From the human T2T-CHM13v2.0 reference genome, Homo sapiens, in the NCBI RefSeq assembly GCF_009914755.1, contig NC_060947.1: DNA of 64,000 nt. The stretch is one strand, 5' to 3'. How positions within the stretch are numbered: position 1 is the stretch's first letter; each line of letters opens with the position of its first letter. The notes below the pieces were generated by a model, which was not told the origin of the DNA, made no database searches, and worked only from the letters and a program-made list of their open reading frames with translations. Below are positions 17,864 to 36,244 of this stretch, in pieces. Position numbers and translations under genes: made by a program.

Positions 17864-20419
17864 TTAATATATATAATAAAAAATAATAATCTCTCTGGTC
17901 TGTAATATTCTCTGATTCCCCAAAAGCTCCCTAGTCCCCCAAAACCTGTCTGGTTCCCCAAAATCTTTCTGGTCTTTAATATTCTTGCTGGGCCCAATGG
18001 TCTCCCTGATCCTCAATATCCTTGCTGGGCCCTGATCATCTTGTTTGTCCCCAATCTTCTCTCTGGTTCCCTAAAATCTCTCCAGTCCCCTCAAATCTGT
18101 TTGGTTCTCCCTGGCCGCCAATATTCTCTCTAATCCTCAATATTCTCTGTGGTTCACAATAATCTTTCCAGTCTCCAGTATTCTTTCTGGTTCCCCAAAA
18201 TCTTTCTAGTCCCCCAAATCCTGCCTAACTCCCAAAGCCTGTCTAATTTCCAATACTTCCATTAAGCCCCAATATTTTATCTGGTCTGCAATAATCTTCC
18301 TGATCCCCAATCTTCTCCTTGGCCCCCAATAATCTTCCTGCCCCCAGTAATCTCCCTGGTCCTCAGTATTTTCTCAGATCCCCAATATTCTCTGTGGTCC
18401 CCAATCATCTCCTTGGTCCCTAATCTCTCTGGTCCCCAGTAATATTTCTGATCCCCAATATTCCTCTGGTCCCCAATAATCTTTCGGCTCCCCAATATTC
18501 TCTCTGATCCCCAATCATCTCCTTGGTCCCTAATAATCTCTCTGGTCCCCAATCACCTCCCTGATCCCCAGTAATCTCTGAGATCTCAATATTCTCTCTG
18601 AGCCTCAATATTCTCTCTGAGTCTCAATGTTCTCTCTTGTCCCCAATAATCTCTCTGGTCCCTAATAATCTCCCTGCTCCCCAATATTCTCTCCGATCTC
18701 CAATTATCTCCTTGGTCCCTAATAATCTCTCTGGTCTCCAATCATCTTTCTGATTCCAATATTCTCTCTGGTCCCCAATATTCTCTCTGGTCCCCAATAA
18801 TCTCCCTGCTCCCCAATATTCTCTCTGATCTCCAATAATATCTCTGATCCCAATATTCTCTCTGGTTCCCAATAATCTCTCTGGTCCCCAATCATCTTTC
18901 TGATTCCCAGTAATCTCTCTGGTCCCAATATTCTCTCTGGTCCCCAGTCATCTCCTTGGTCTCCAATATTCTCTCCAATTTCTAATATTGTCTCTAATCC
19001 CCAATTATCTTCTTGGCTCCCAATCACCTCCCTGGTTTCTAATATTATCTCTGTTCCCCAATATTCTCTCTGATCCACAATCATCCCCTTGGTCCCTAAT
19101 CATCTCTCTGGTTACCAATCATCTCCCTGGTCCCCAAGATTTTCTCTGATTTCTAATATTGTCTCTGATCTCCCCCAAATCTCCCTAGTTCCCAATATTT
19201 TCTCGGATCCCCAATCATATACTTGGTCCCTAATAATCTCCCTGATCCCCATCATCTTCTTGATCTCTAATAATCTCTCTGGTCCCCAAAAATCTCCCTG
19301 GTTCCCAATAGTCTCTCTGGTCCCCAATCATCTCTCTGGTCCCCAATAATCTCTCTGGTCCCCAATATTTTCTCTGATCTCCAATTATCACCTTGGTCCC
19401 TAATAATCTCTCTGGTCCTCAATCATCTCTCTCTGGTCCCCAATAATCTCTCTGGTCCCCAATATTCTCTCTGATCTCCAATTATCACCTTGGTCCCTAA
19501 TAATCTCTGGTCCCTAATCATCTTTCTGACCCCCAATAATCTCTGTGGTCCCCAATATTCTCTGTGCTCCTCAATTATGTCCTTGGTCCCTAATAATCTG
19601 TCTGGTCCCCAATCATCTTTCTGATCCCCAATAATCTCTCTGATCCCAATATTCTCTCTGGTCCCCAGTCATCTGCTTGGTCTCCAATATTCTCTCTGAT
19701 CTCTAATATTGTCTCTAGTCCTCAATCATCTTCTTAACCCCAATAATGTCCCTGGTTTCCAACATTATCTCTGGTCCCAAGTATTCTCTCTGATCCCCAA
19801 TCATCTCCTCGGTCTCTAATAATCTCTCTGGTCCCCAATATTCTCTCTGGTCCCCAATCATCTTCTTAGCCTCTAATAATCTCCCTGATCCCCAATATTC
19901 TCTCTGGTCCCCAATCATCTCTCTGATCCCCAATAATCTCTCTGATCCCCAATATTATCTCCGATCCTCAATTATCTCATTGGTCCCTAATAATTTCTCT
20001 GGTCCCCAATCCTCTCCCTGATCCCCAATAATCTCTCTGATCCCAATATTCTCTCTGATCCTCAGTCATCTCTTTGTTCTCTAATAATCTCCCTGGTCTC
20101 CAATATTCTGTCTGATTTCTAATATTATCTCTGGTCCTCAATCATCTTCTTGTCTCCCAATAATCTCCCTGATCCCCAATAATCTCCCTCATCCTCAATA
20201 TTTTCTCTGATTTCTAATATTGTCTCTGGTCCTCAATAATCTCCATAGTACCCCCAAATGTCCCTGGTTCCCAATAATTTCCCTTGTCCCCAATAATCTC
20301 CTTGATCCCCAATCATCTCCTTGGTACCTAATTATCTTCCTGGTCCCCAATCACCTCTTTGGCCCCCAATCATCTCCTTGGCCCCCAATCATCACCCTGC
20401 TCCCCAATATCCTCTCTGA

Positions 20420-20742
20420 TTTTTCTTTTCTTTTTTTTTTTTTTTTTTTTGAGACAGAGTCTCACACTGTCGCCAGGCTGGACTGCAGCGGTGCGATCTG
20501 AGCTCACTGCAGCCTCCAACTCTCTGGTTCAAGGGATTCTCCTGCCTTAGCCTCCTGAGTAGCTGGGATTACAGAGCTGGGTTTACAGGCATGCTCCACC
20601 ACGTCCAGCTAATTTTTGTATTTTAGTAGAGACGGAGTTTCACTATATTGGCCAGGATGGTCTCCATCTCCTGACCTCGTCATCCGCCCGCCTTGGCCTC
20701 CCAAAGTGCTGGGATTACAGGCATGAGCCACCGCGCCCGGCC
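20420..20742 (-). mobile_element. Alu (AluSc-like); TSD TATCCTCTCTGATTT
   Basis: Antisense Alu within the minisatellite. Confidence 0.9.
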
Positions 20743-20994
20743 TTTATCCTCTCTGATTTCTAATATTCTCTCTGTCCCCAATAATATCTCTGGTCCCCAA
20801 TATTCTCTCTGATCCCCCATCACCCCTCTCTTATGGTCCACTGTAATCCTTATGCTCCACTTTAATCCGTCCCAGTATGGACAAACCCTAAGATCATTGA
20901 GTACCCAGCATGGAACACGGGTTGCAACCACTGTCACCCTGGCATCAGCAGGAACCTTGGCATCAAAGTCACAGGCCGGAGGACACTCTGCATT

Positions 20995-23401
<2,407 letters not shown>

Positions 23402-23689
23402 TGAATTTTGTTATGTGAATTTCACCTCAATAAATTAAAACAAATAAAACAGCAGTATTTATTTTGGTGACTGAGTTTTTTGGCATTGGAGTGTCTACAC
23501 GTCTCCCCGTAACCCCGTTCCTGTTTGATTTTCTCATCTGCAATGTAGCGATGGGGTAGAATTGGGTCTTGTACTCAGGGTTGTTTCAAGAGTTTGATGG
23601 TGTGGGGGGAGCATTGAGAATGTCCCTTTGTACACAGTAGGCTTGTCACACTTGCCAGCTGCTTACCCCCCTCTCTTCTGCGGATCCAC

Positions 23690-24365
23690 TCATCCCTTTA
23701 TTCACTCATTCATCCGCTCATTCATTCCTCATCCATCCATGCATCCATCCATTCATCCATCCATCCATCCATCCACTCATCCATCCATCCATCCATCCCT
23801 CCATCCATGCATGCATCCATCCATCCATCCATCCATCCATCCATCCATTCATCCATCTATCCATCCATCCATCCATCCATTCATCCACTCATCCATCCAT
23901 ACATCCACGCATCCATCCATCCATCCATCCATCCATTCATCCATCCATCCATCCATCCATGCATGCATCCATCCATCCATCCATCCATCCATCCATCCAT
24001 CCATTCATCCATCTATCCATCCATCCATCCATTCATCCATCCATCCATCCATACATCCATGCATCCATCCATCCATCCATCCATTCATCCATCCATCCAT
24101 CCATCCATCCATCCATCCATCCATCCACTCATCCATTCATCCATCCATCCATACATCCATGCATCCATCCATCCATCCATCCATCCATCCATCCACTCAT
24201 CCATTCATCCATCCACTCATCCATCCATCCATCCATCCATCCATCCATCCATCCACTCATCCATTCAACCATCCACTCATCCATCCATCCATCTATCCAT
24301 CCATCCATCCATCCATCCATCCATCCATCCATCCATCCACCCATCCATCCACTCATTCATTCACC
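23690..24365 (+). repeat. (TCCA)n simple repeat
   Basis: Nearly pure CATC units. Confidence 0.95.
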
Positions 24366-24639
24366 TGTCTACAGTGAGGGTCTGTGTCCATTCAGCTGCT
24401 CAAGAAGGTGGTCTCAGGGTGGGGGCAGCTTCTTCACCCTCTCATAGTCCTGTAGCCAGGGTCTGTCACCTTGCAGGGAGTTGTGCTCCACAGCAGTGCA
24501 GAGGGTTTGAGTGGGGACCCCCCAAAATCCCTATTGGTGCAATAAATCCTCTCTCCTCCTCTGATTAGGCCAAGGAGCTCAGTGTTTTGTGAAGAATTTG
24601 TTTGGAGAGTGTTTTGAGTTGGATTGCATCCCTTTGAAA

Positions 24640-24945
24640 GACACATTCAAAGCCTCAACATAGGTACCTGTGAATATAGGACCTTATTTGGAAATAGGAT
24701 CTTTGCAGATGGGATTAAGGTGTAAGTTAGGATGACATCATACTGCATTTGGGTGGGGACTTAATCCTATGGGACTGGGGTCCTTCTAAGAAGAGACTGG
24801 GACGCAGACATGCACAGAGGGAAGATTGCTGTGTGAAGACAGAGGCAGAGATTGGAGGGAGGCATTCCCAAGCCCAGGGACGTCAAGGATGGCAGAGGAT
24901 CAGAAGCTGGAGAGACGCAGGAAAGATTCTCCCCAAAGCCTCAGA
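24640..24945 (+). mobile_element. MLT1C/D-like LTR fragment
   Basis: GACCTTATTTGGAAATAGGATCTTTGCAGATG...GTGAAGACAGAGGCAGAGATTGGAG. Confidence 0.75.
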
Positions 24946-24994
24946 AACAGTATGCATTAATTCGGGGCAATTGACTGGAAATCAGCTCCTTTCT

Positions 24995-27295
<2,301 letters not shown>

Positions 27296-27986
27296 AGGCC
27301 ATGTTAATCTATTCTGGTCTCTCATCTACAAAGTCACAGCCCCTACAGGGACCCTGCTCATTCATTCCCTGTGGCTGAGACTGAAGGGGTATCTCCTGTT
27401 TCTATTCCACGTGTGGCCACCTGCTGGTCTGTCCCTGTCCTGAGTGCAGGAGTAGTCTCATTCTCCTCCACCCCAAGAACAGATGAGTGATAAATAAATA
27501 CCTGGAGACAGAATGCCTCCAACCCCAGGGTAATAGCCTGAGTATCCTAGAAGTTTCCTGTGTTCATGCCAAGAGCTTGTGATGGACATATGGACACTGT
27601 AGATGGACAACAGCGCCTTCACTGAGCAGCTAGTGCCTGGGAAGCCTCCAGCTTCACTGAGCCTCAGGTTTCATCTATTGCATCTCACAGAGAGGCTGTC
27701 TGCAACATGCCCATTTCAACCACTGGCTGAGAGGCTCATGCAGGTATGCATGTGACAGGGCTCCTTGCTGGAGAGTGGGTTCCTGGAGATTCCATCAGAG
27801 CTACTGCTGCACAACTGCCCCTTGAGGAGGCCATCACAGCTCTGAGCAGCAGGCGCTGCCAGTCAGCACCGTGTGAACTCAAAGTCTTGCATTCATCCTC
27901 ATACGACATCTTCAAAACCACTTTAAACGTCCCAGGGAAGCCCGGAGGAGCAAGTGCTTCCAAGAGGCTGGCTCTGGTCTTTGGAT

Positions 27987-28360
27987 TGAGTGTGGATTTG
28001 AGTCTCTTTGAATGAGTGTGGATTTGAGTTTCTTTGAATGAGTGTGGATTTGAGTCTCTTTGAATGCGTGTGGGTTTGAGCCTCTTTGAATGATTGTGGA
28101 CTTGAGTCTCTTTGAATGAGTGTGGATTTGAGTCTCTTTGAATTCGTGTAGGTTTGAGTCTCTGAATGAGTGGACTTGAGTCTGTTTGAATGAGTATGGA
28201 TTTGAGTCTCTTTGATTGCGTGTGGGTTTGAGTCTCTTTGAATGAGTGTGGATTTGAGTCTCTTTGAATGAGTGTGGACTTGAGTCTCTTTGAATGAGTT
28301 GGATTTGAGTCTCTTTGAGTGTGGATTGGAGTCTCTGAATGTGCGTGGATTTGAGTCTCC
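27987..28360 (+). repeat. minisatellite, 26 bp unit TGAGTGTGGATTTGAGTCTCTTTGAA, ~14 copies
   Basis: Direct tandem units are visible. Confidence 0.95.
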
Positions 28361-28830
28361 TCATTCCTGCACTTTTTCAGTTCCCTTTGTTGCATGGGAC
28401 AGTATAAATGACGCTCCCCATTGATCCAGTTTTGCAAGTAAAAATGTCACATGTGGAAGCCAGCATTTAGTCCTCGGGCAGATAAGCATGTTTGATGAGA
28501 ATAACACGTACACACAGCGGGGCCCTTGGTCTTGGAAAGGTGGAGAATAAATCCTCCATTTCCCCTGAGACCTGACCTGCACAGGGAATATCTGCTTAAT
28601 CTACACATGTGTGGCTTGTAACGACAGAGTCTCTTCAATTCTACTTACTTTGTTATAGTAACAAGAGCATGCATACAGCACATTGGGAGATGGAGAAATG
28701 GAAGGAAGTGATCCAGAGTCCCTTGACCCAGCCCATTCTCTCCCTGAGACCTGGGGGATGGGACATGATCTTGCTTCTCCTTCCAGGTCTCTGGAAGGAT
28801 CATCTTGTCTTATCTTGCCTGCCTCTCACC

Positions 28831-29565
28831 CTGTGGTTCAGAATTGCGGGAGATTCTGTTCCAGTGGGGATGCTTGTCTATATCTTGGGCAGTTTGGGGT
28901 GTCACAACTGGAGGGTGTACTCCTGGGGCGTGGTGGGTGGAGCCTGGGAAGATGCTCAGTGCCCTGCAGTGCACAGGATAGGCTCAACACAGAGAATCCT
29001 CCAGCCCTACATGGCAGCAGTGCTGAGGCTGACATCCTGCCTGAGCATGAGAGAGTCTCTGTTAGTGACTATCTATCCATCTATATCTATCTATCATATC
29101 TATCATTTATCAATTTATCTATATATCATATCTAGCTCTCTGGCACCTATATCTATTTATTTATTAATCTTCTCTGTCTGTCATCTATTTATACCTTTCT
29201 AGCATTTATCTCTCATCTCTATCATTTATCTGCCTACCATTTGACAGTGGTTTCAACTAGGGGTGATTTTTCTCATCACGGCACACTGGGTAATGTCTGA
29301 GGACAGTTCTGGTTGTCGCAACTGTGGGGGTGCTCCTGGCATCTGTTGGGTGGATCCCGGGGATGCTTCTCAATACCTTACACTGCACAGGATGGCCCCA
29401 CCACAGAGAATCACCCGGCCCCAAATGTCTATAGTGTTGACGTGGAAAGATCCTGCTTTTAGTATAGAGAATCTCTCTTCTCTCTCTCTCTCTCCGTCAT
29501 CCATCTATGTATCCATGTATCTATGTATCTATGCATCTATGTATGTATGTATGTATGTATGTATG

Positions 29566-29599
<34 letters not shown>

Positions 29600-29660
29600 C
29601 CTATCTATCTATGTATCCATGTATCTATGTATCTATCTATCTCTATTACCTATCATCACC

Positions 29661-29699
<39 letters not shown>

Positions 29700-30445
29700 G
29701 TCATCTATCTATATGTATGTACATATCTATCTATCTTATCTATTGCTCATCTATCTAGGTATCTCTCTAATCTATCATCTATCTCTCTAATCTATTAATG
29801 CACCTATGTATGTATCTATGTATCTATCTATCTAATCTATTTATCCATGTATGTATGTATGTATCTACCTATCTAATCTATGTATGTATGTATATATGTA
29901 TCTAATTTATGTACGTACATATGTATGTATCTATTCTATCTATGTATCTATCTATCTGATTGATCTATCTCTCTATCATCACCATTATCTATCTATATGT
30001 ATGTGTGTATCTATCTATCCTATCTATCTATCTCTCATCTATCTATGTATCTCTCTAATCTATCATCTATTTAATCTATGCATCTATATATCTATCTATC
30101 TAATCTATTTATCCATGTATGTATGTATCTATCTAATCTATGTATGTATGTATCTATCTAATTTACGTATGTATCTTTTCTATCTATCTCTATTATCTAT
30201 ATATCTATCTGTCTATCATCACCATTATCTATCTATATCTATGTATGTATTGTCTATTCTATCTCTCATCTATCTATATATCTCTTTAATCTATCATCTA
30301 TCTATCTAATCTATGCATGTATCTATGTATCTATCTATCTAATCTATTTATCCATGTATGTATGTATGTATGTACCTATCTAATTTATGTATGTATGTAT
30401 ATATCTATCTATTCTATGTATCTATTTATCGATTCTATCTATCTA

Positions 30446-30477
<32 letters not shown>

Positions 30478-30705
30478 TCTGTCTATCTAATTTGTCACCC
30501 ATCTATCTTTAAGACAGTGATAGATGAGCAAGTGATTTTGCTACCTGGAGACATTGAGTAATATCTGGAGACATTTCTGATTGTCACAACTGTGGGTGCT
30601 CCTGGCACCTTGTGGCTGGAGCCCAGGGACGCTGCTCTACACCCTACAATCCCCAGGATGGCCCCACCACAGGGAATTCCCCCGCCCCAAATGTCACTAG
30701 TGCTC
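28831..30705 (+). mobile_element. three same-orientation MER20 copies (28831-29038, 29245-29455, 30515-30705) separated by (TATC/TATG)n
   Basis: Each copy carries TGTC(A/G)CAACTG, ...CAGGAT(G/A)G and MER20 end motifs. Confidence 0.8.
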
Positions 30706-31185
30706 CAGCAGACAGCCTGTGCCTTTTGTGTCTCATGAATGGTTCTATCCCAAGATCTGTCCTTGCCCCATCTTCCTGCATGCCCTCTCCATCAGGGGTC
30801 CCCCTGCTTACAGGGTCCCCCGTAAACAATGTCCAGGCCCCCTCCCAGCCTGACTGTGCCCAGCCCGAGGGGTTAGCATGCTCAGCCCACCCCCAGCTCA
30901 TGAACTCCTGGGGAGCCTGGACAGCACATTGCCATTCCACTAACTCATCATCCGAAACCAACACAGCCTGGCACCTGCCACCTGCTTCTGTCTGTGCCAC
31001 TCCCTGCCCAGCCATGGAGAGTCTCATAGGACTCCTCCCTCCCATGGAGACCTTCTTGGTTAGAAAATCACACATCCTGCTTCCACAAAGTCCCTCTGCT
31101 CAGGGCACCAGCACCTTTCCCCTGGAGCAGGGCACTCTGCACAAAAGCATCAACGCAGTCCTCAAGGTCCCAGCCCGGCTCAGCG

Positions 31186-32600
31186 GCATGAAAACACGCT
31201 CAACATCACGAATGATCAGGGAAATGCAAATCAAAAGCAGAATGTGACATCACCTCACTCCTGCAAGAATGGCCACAATCAAAACATCAAGAAATAGCAA
31301 ATGCTAGTGTGGATGTGGCGAACAGGGAACACGTCTGCACTGCTGGTGGGAACGTAAACTAGTACAGCCACTATAGAAGACAGTGTGGAGAGTCCTTAAA
31401 GAGCTAAATGTAGAACTACCATTTGATCCAGCAATCCCACTGCTGGGTATCTAGGTAGAGGAAAGTAACTCATTATATGAAAAAGATACTTAGAGGAAAG
31501 TAACTCATTATACGAAAAAGATACTTACACAGGCATGTTTATAGCAGCACAATTTGCAATTGCAAAAATGTGGAACCAACCCAAATGCCCATCAATCAAC
31601 AGGTGGATAAAGAAACTGTGGTGTATTTATATATATAAATGCCGGCACTGACACACACACAAACACACACACATATATGTCATATATATGTGTGCCATAT
31701 ATATACACACACATGTATATATACACATATATGTATATGATGTGTATATATACACATATATGTATATGATGTGTGTATATGCACATATATGTATATATGT
31801 ATATGATGTGTATATATACACATATATGTATATATGTATATGTGTGTATATACACATATATGTATAGATGTATATGATGTGTATATATATATACATATAC
31901 TTATGATGGAATACTACTCAGTCATGAAAAAGAATAGCATTTGGAGTGGCCTGGATGAGATTGGAGACTATTATTCTAAGTGAAGTAACTCAGGAATGGA
32001 AACCCAAACATCGTATGTTCTCACTCATAAGTGAGAGCTAAGCTATGAGGATGCAAAGGCATAAGAATGCCACAACGGCCGGATGCGGTGGCTCACACCT
32101 GTCATCCCAGCACTTTGGGAGGTCGAGGTGGGCAGATCACAAGGTCACGAGTTTGAGACCAGCCTGGCCAATATGGTGAAACCCCGTCTCTACTAAAAAT
32201 ACAAAAATTAACCGGGTGTGGTGGCACATGCGTGTAATCCCAGTTACTCAGGAGGAGGCTGAGGCAGGAGAATCGCTTGAATCCGGGAGGAGGAGGTTGC
32301 AGTGAGCCGAGATCGCGCCACTGCTCTCCAGCCTGGGCAACAGAGTGAAACTCCGTCTCAAAAAAAAAAAAAAAAAAAACGAAAGAAAGAAAAAAGAAAA
32401 AAAAAGGAATGACACAAAGGACTTTGGGAACTCCAGGGCAAAGATTGGGGAGAGGATGAGGGATAAAAGGCCACAAACTGGGTTCAGTGTATACTGCTTG
32501 GGTGACGGATACCCTGAAATCTCACACATCACCACTAAAGAACTTCCTCGTGTAACCAAATGGCACCTGTTTCCCCAAAACCTATGGAAGTAAAAAGTGT
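31186..32600 (+). mobile_element. L1PB(1)-like 3' fragment with internal (TA/CA)n (31625-31900) and an Alu (32078-32405)
   Basis: CTCCTGCAAGAATGGCCACAATCAAA...GTTTCCCCAAAACCTATGGAAG. There is a 35 bp internal duplication at ~31457-31527. Confidence 0.85.
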
Positions 32601-32689
32601 AAAACAAACCAACAAAAACACACATCAGCTTCTGAAAAAATCTTCTGAGGAGTGTGCTTTCTTGAGGCAAATAAAAGAGATTGCCAAAA

Positions 32690-33612
32690 ATAATATATAT
32701 ATATTCATATATTACATATTTACATATTTATTATTTAAACATATATTTATGTATTTTTTATTATTTATATATTATATATTTATATATTTATTATTTAAAT
32801 ATATTGTATATTTATATATTATTTATTCTTTATATCTTATATACTTATATATTTATTATTTAAATGTATTGTATATTTATATTTTATTTATTATTTATAT
32901 ATTATATACTTATATATTTATAATTTAAATATATTATATATTTATATATTATTATTTACATATTTATTATTTACATATTTATTATTTAAATATATTTTAT
33001 ATTTATATATTATTTATATATTATATACTTATATATTCATTATTTAAATATATTATTCATATATTATTTATTATTTATATATTATATACTTATATATTTA
33101 TTATTTAAATATACTATATATTCACATATTATTTATTATTTATATATTATATACTTATATTTATTTAAATATATTATGTATTTATATATTATTTATTATT
33201 TATATATTATATACTTATATATGTATTATTTAAATATATTATATATTCATATATTATTTATTATTTACATATTACATAGTTATATATTTATAACTTAAAT
33301 ATATTATATATTTATATATTATTTATATATTACATATTTACATATATTATATACTTATCTATTTATTATTTACATATATATTTGTATATTATTTATATAT
33401 AATATATTTACATATATATTTATATATAATATATTTACATATATTATATATTTATATATATTTACATATATATTTATATACAATATATTTACATATGTTA
33501 TATATTTATATATATTTACATATATATTTATATACTTACTATTTATATATTATATATTATTTATATATAATTATTTATATAATTATATATGTAATACATA
33601 TATATATACACA
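32690..33612. repeat. AT-rich low-complexity/(TA)n tract
   Basis: About 920 bp, almost all A/T. Confidence 0.95.
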
Positions 33613-34506
33613 CACACAGATAGGTGTATCTGTTGCTTTATCCTAAGTGAACACAGATACTGCATCACTAGGGAGCGACATTGTGAACCGCAGAACACTC
33701 CCTGCAGTCCCCTGAGCTCAGTCTGGTCCTTGGGGGTGATCCTGGGGGCACCCATCACGCCCACGCCCTTTCCGTACCTTAACAGGTGTAGGCAGGGTGT
33801 TGTGTGTCTCCCAGGGGCCGTGCAGAATCTCCTAACCCGAGAGAGGAAGAGCAGGGTTCCAGGTGGACACTGGGATCCCTGGACCCTGCCCCGCCCACCC
33901 CACTGCCTCTAGGGACAGAAGAGGGGCTGGGGGAGGGAGGTTGGGGACCATGCCCAGACACAGCCAATGAGGAGGTCCTGATGGAGAGGCAGGGCTGAAG
34001 GAGAGGGCGCAGGAGAGAGACTCAGACGAGAGGGGGCCATCTGCCCGGGGAAAGGGCCTCTCCAAGCGCAGGGCTGTACGTATGCACCACTGGCAACAGC
34101 TACCCTGCTGTTGTTAATCCTAAGCCATCGCTTCTTCCCTGGAACTTTAAGGGACAAACTCAGAACTGCAGTGTGGGTAGGGTTGGAGGGAGGGAGCGTC
34201 TCTGTGGTTCTCCAAGGGGACCTCACCTCTCCCACCCACCCCAAGGTTGGTCAGTCTGAATGGTGCAGCCAGGCGGGGACCTGGCAGAAGGCATCTGAAA
34301 AGCATGTGCTTTTACAAACACAGGGTTGCCCACCGTCCCGTACGTCCCATGCACGCCTCTCTCAGCCTCTGACCTAATTGTCCTCTTGTGGGGTGGGGGA
34401 GGCCAATATTTGGGAAAAGGGGCAGCATCCTGGTGCACGTAGGACGCTGGCACCTGTCTGGCAGTGCCTAAATGAAAGTACTGCTTTTCCAATGTGGGAT
34501 AATTCC

Positions 34507-34808
34507 TTTTTTTTTTTTTTTTTTTTTTTTTGAGACAGAGTCTCACTCTGTCACCCAGGCTGGAGTGCAGTGGCGCGATCTTGGCTCACCGCAACCTCCG
34601 CCTCCTGGGTTCAAGTGATTCTGCTGCCTTAGCGTGCCGAGTAACTGGGATGACAGGTGCCCGCCGCCACACTCGGCTAATTTTGGTATTTTTAGTAGAG
34701 ACGGGGTTTCACTATGTTGGCCAGGCTGGTCTCAAACCCCTGACCTCAAGTGATCCACCCACCTCGGCCTCCCAAAGTGCTGGGATTACAGGCGTCTGTC
34801 ACCGCCGT
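34507..34808 (-). mobile_element. Alu (AluSx/Sz-like)
   Basis: Antisense Alu dimer. Confidence 0.95.
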
Positions 34809-35019
34809 AAACACAAAATATGCTACTATCTGGCGCTGCTTGCCAAAGTCAAGTGGGCTATGCAAGGAGGAACGGAACGGGAAGGAGAGATTGAACGGCG
34901 CAGTCAGGTGCACCTGCTTCCCCACGGGCTTCAGCTCCTCAGCGGTTTTCACTTAGGGCTCTCGCGCTTCAGACTTCTCATCCACGTTACGTAAAGATAA
35001 CAACATGGGAAGAAACAAC

Positions 35020-35041
35020 CACACACACACACACACACACA

Positions 35042-35075
<34 letters not shown>
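35020..35075 (+). repeat. (CA)n microsatellite with one GA interruption
   Basis: Read directly from the sequence. Confidence 0.98.
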
Positions 35076-35078
<3 letters not shown>

Positions 35079-35374
35079 CCTTTTCTTTTTGGGAACAGAG
35101 CCACGTGACCATGGTTCCCCTTTATAGAAATGGGACCTAAAGCGCCACAGCAGGCCTTGTTGTGTGTGGCCTGAAATTCCCAGAGCAGCTCCCTCTGCCT
35201 TTTCTCAGCTTTTTAGGGGACAGATCTGACAAGACCCAAGGAATTGGGGTTTCTAAGCGGACCTGTACAAATGAGGTCTGAGGTGGCCGTGAGACCCGGG
35301 TCTGGGGTCTCCCTGGCACCGAGGGGGTGACGAGGGGCCACCGTGCTCATCCAGGCACCCATAGGGCTTTAAAA

Positions 35375-35509
35375 CCCGTTTAATTTATGCTTACTCTTCC
35401 ATTATTGGAACGCTAAGCATTTGGGAGTTATTTATATCCCACGGCTCAAGGTCATCGCCAAGGTCTCATTGCAAACATTGAAAAAACTGCAATCTCAGGC
35501 GTAAATGGG
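35375..35509 (+). mobile_element. MER85 (piggyBac/PGBD3-derived MITE)
   Basis: TTCCATTATTGGAACGCTAAGCATTTGGGAGTTATTTATATCC...GCTCAAGGTCATCGCCAAGGTCT...AGGCGTAAATGGG matches the ~140 bp MER85 consensus. Termini are CCC...GGG with degenerate TTAA flanks. Confidence 0.9.
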
Positions 35510-35580
35510 TTACGTGCAGCAGCCGCAGCTGCTTACCCTCTCTAAGGTTAACCTCAAGAGAGGCGCATTTCATGGAATGA

Positions 35581-35982
<402 letters not shown>

Positions 35983-36244
35983 TTCATGGAATGAGTTATT
36001 AAAGGAAGGGTGGCTTGCAGCCCTGGAAAATTTGAGCATTTCTCCCCTAAGTGACGAAGCGGCTGTGCAAAGTCTTCCTCCCAGGAAATTTGCACTCCTG
36101 GTCTGCTCTAGCGTGAGGAGAACACGCCTCATGGAGTTTGCACCGTCTTCCCCCATGTTCTCACCGTACACGGACCCTCCCAGCGACCCTGTCTTCTCCC
36201 TTGACAGTGCAGGACAAGCATAAAAGTCCAGCTCGGCGGCTCAC

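Noticed and set aside
35020-35075. (CA)n as the cryptic RSS for the PAR1 deletion
   Set aside because: Its CAC reads on the plus strand, toward exon 1, which is the wrong polarity for a deletion that retains exon 1.
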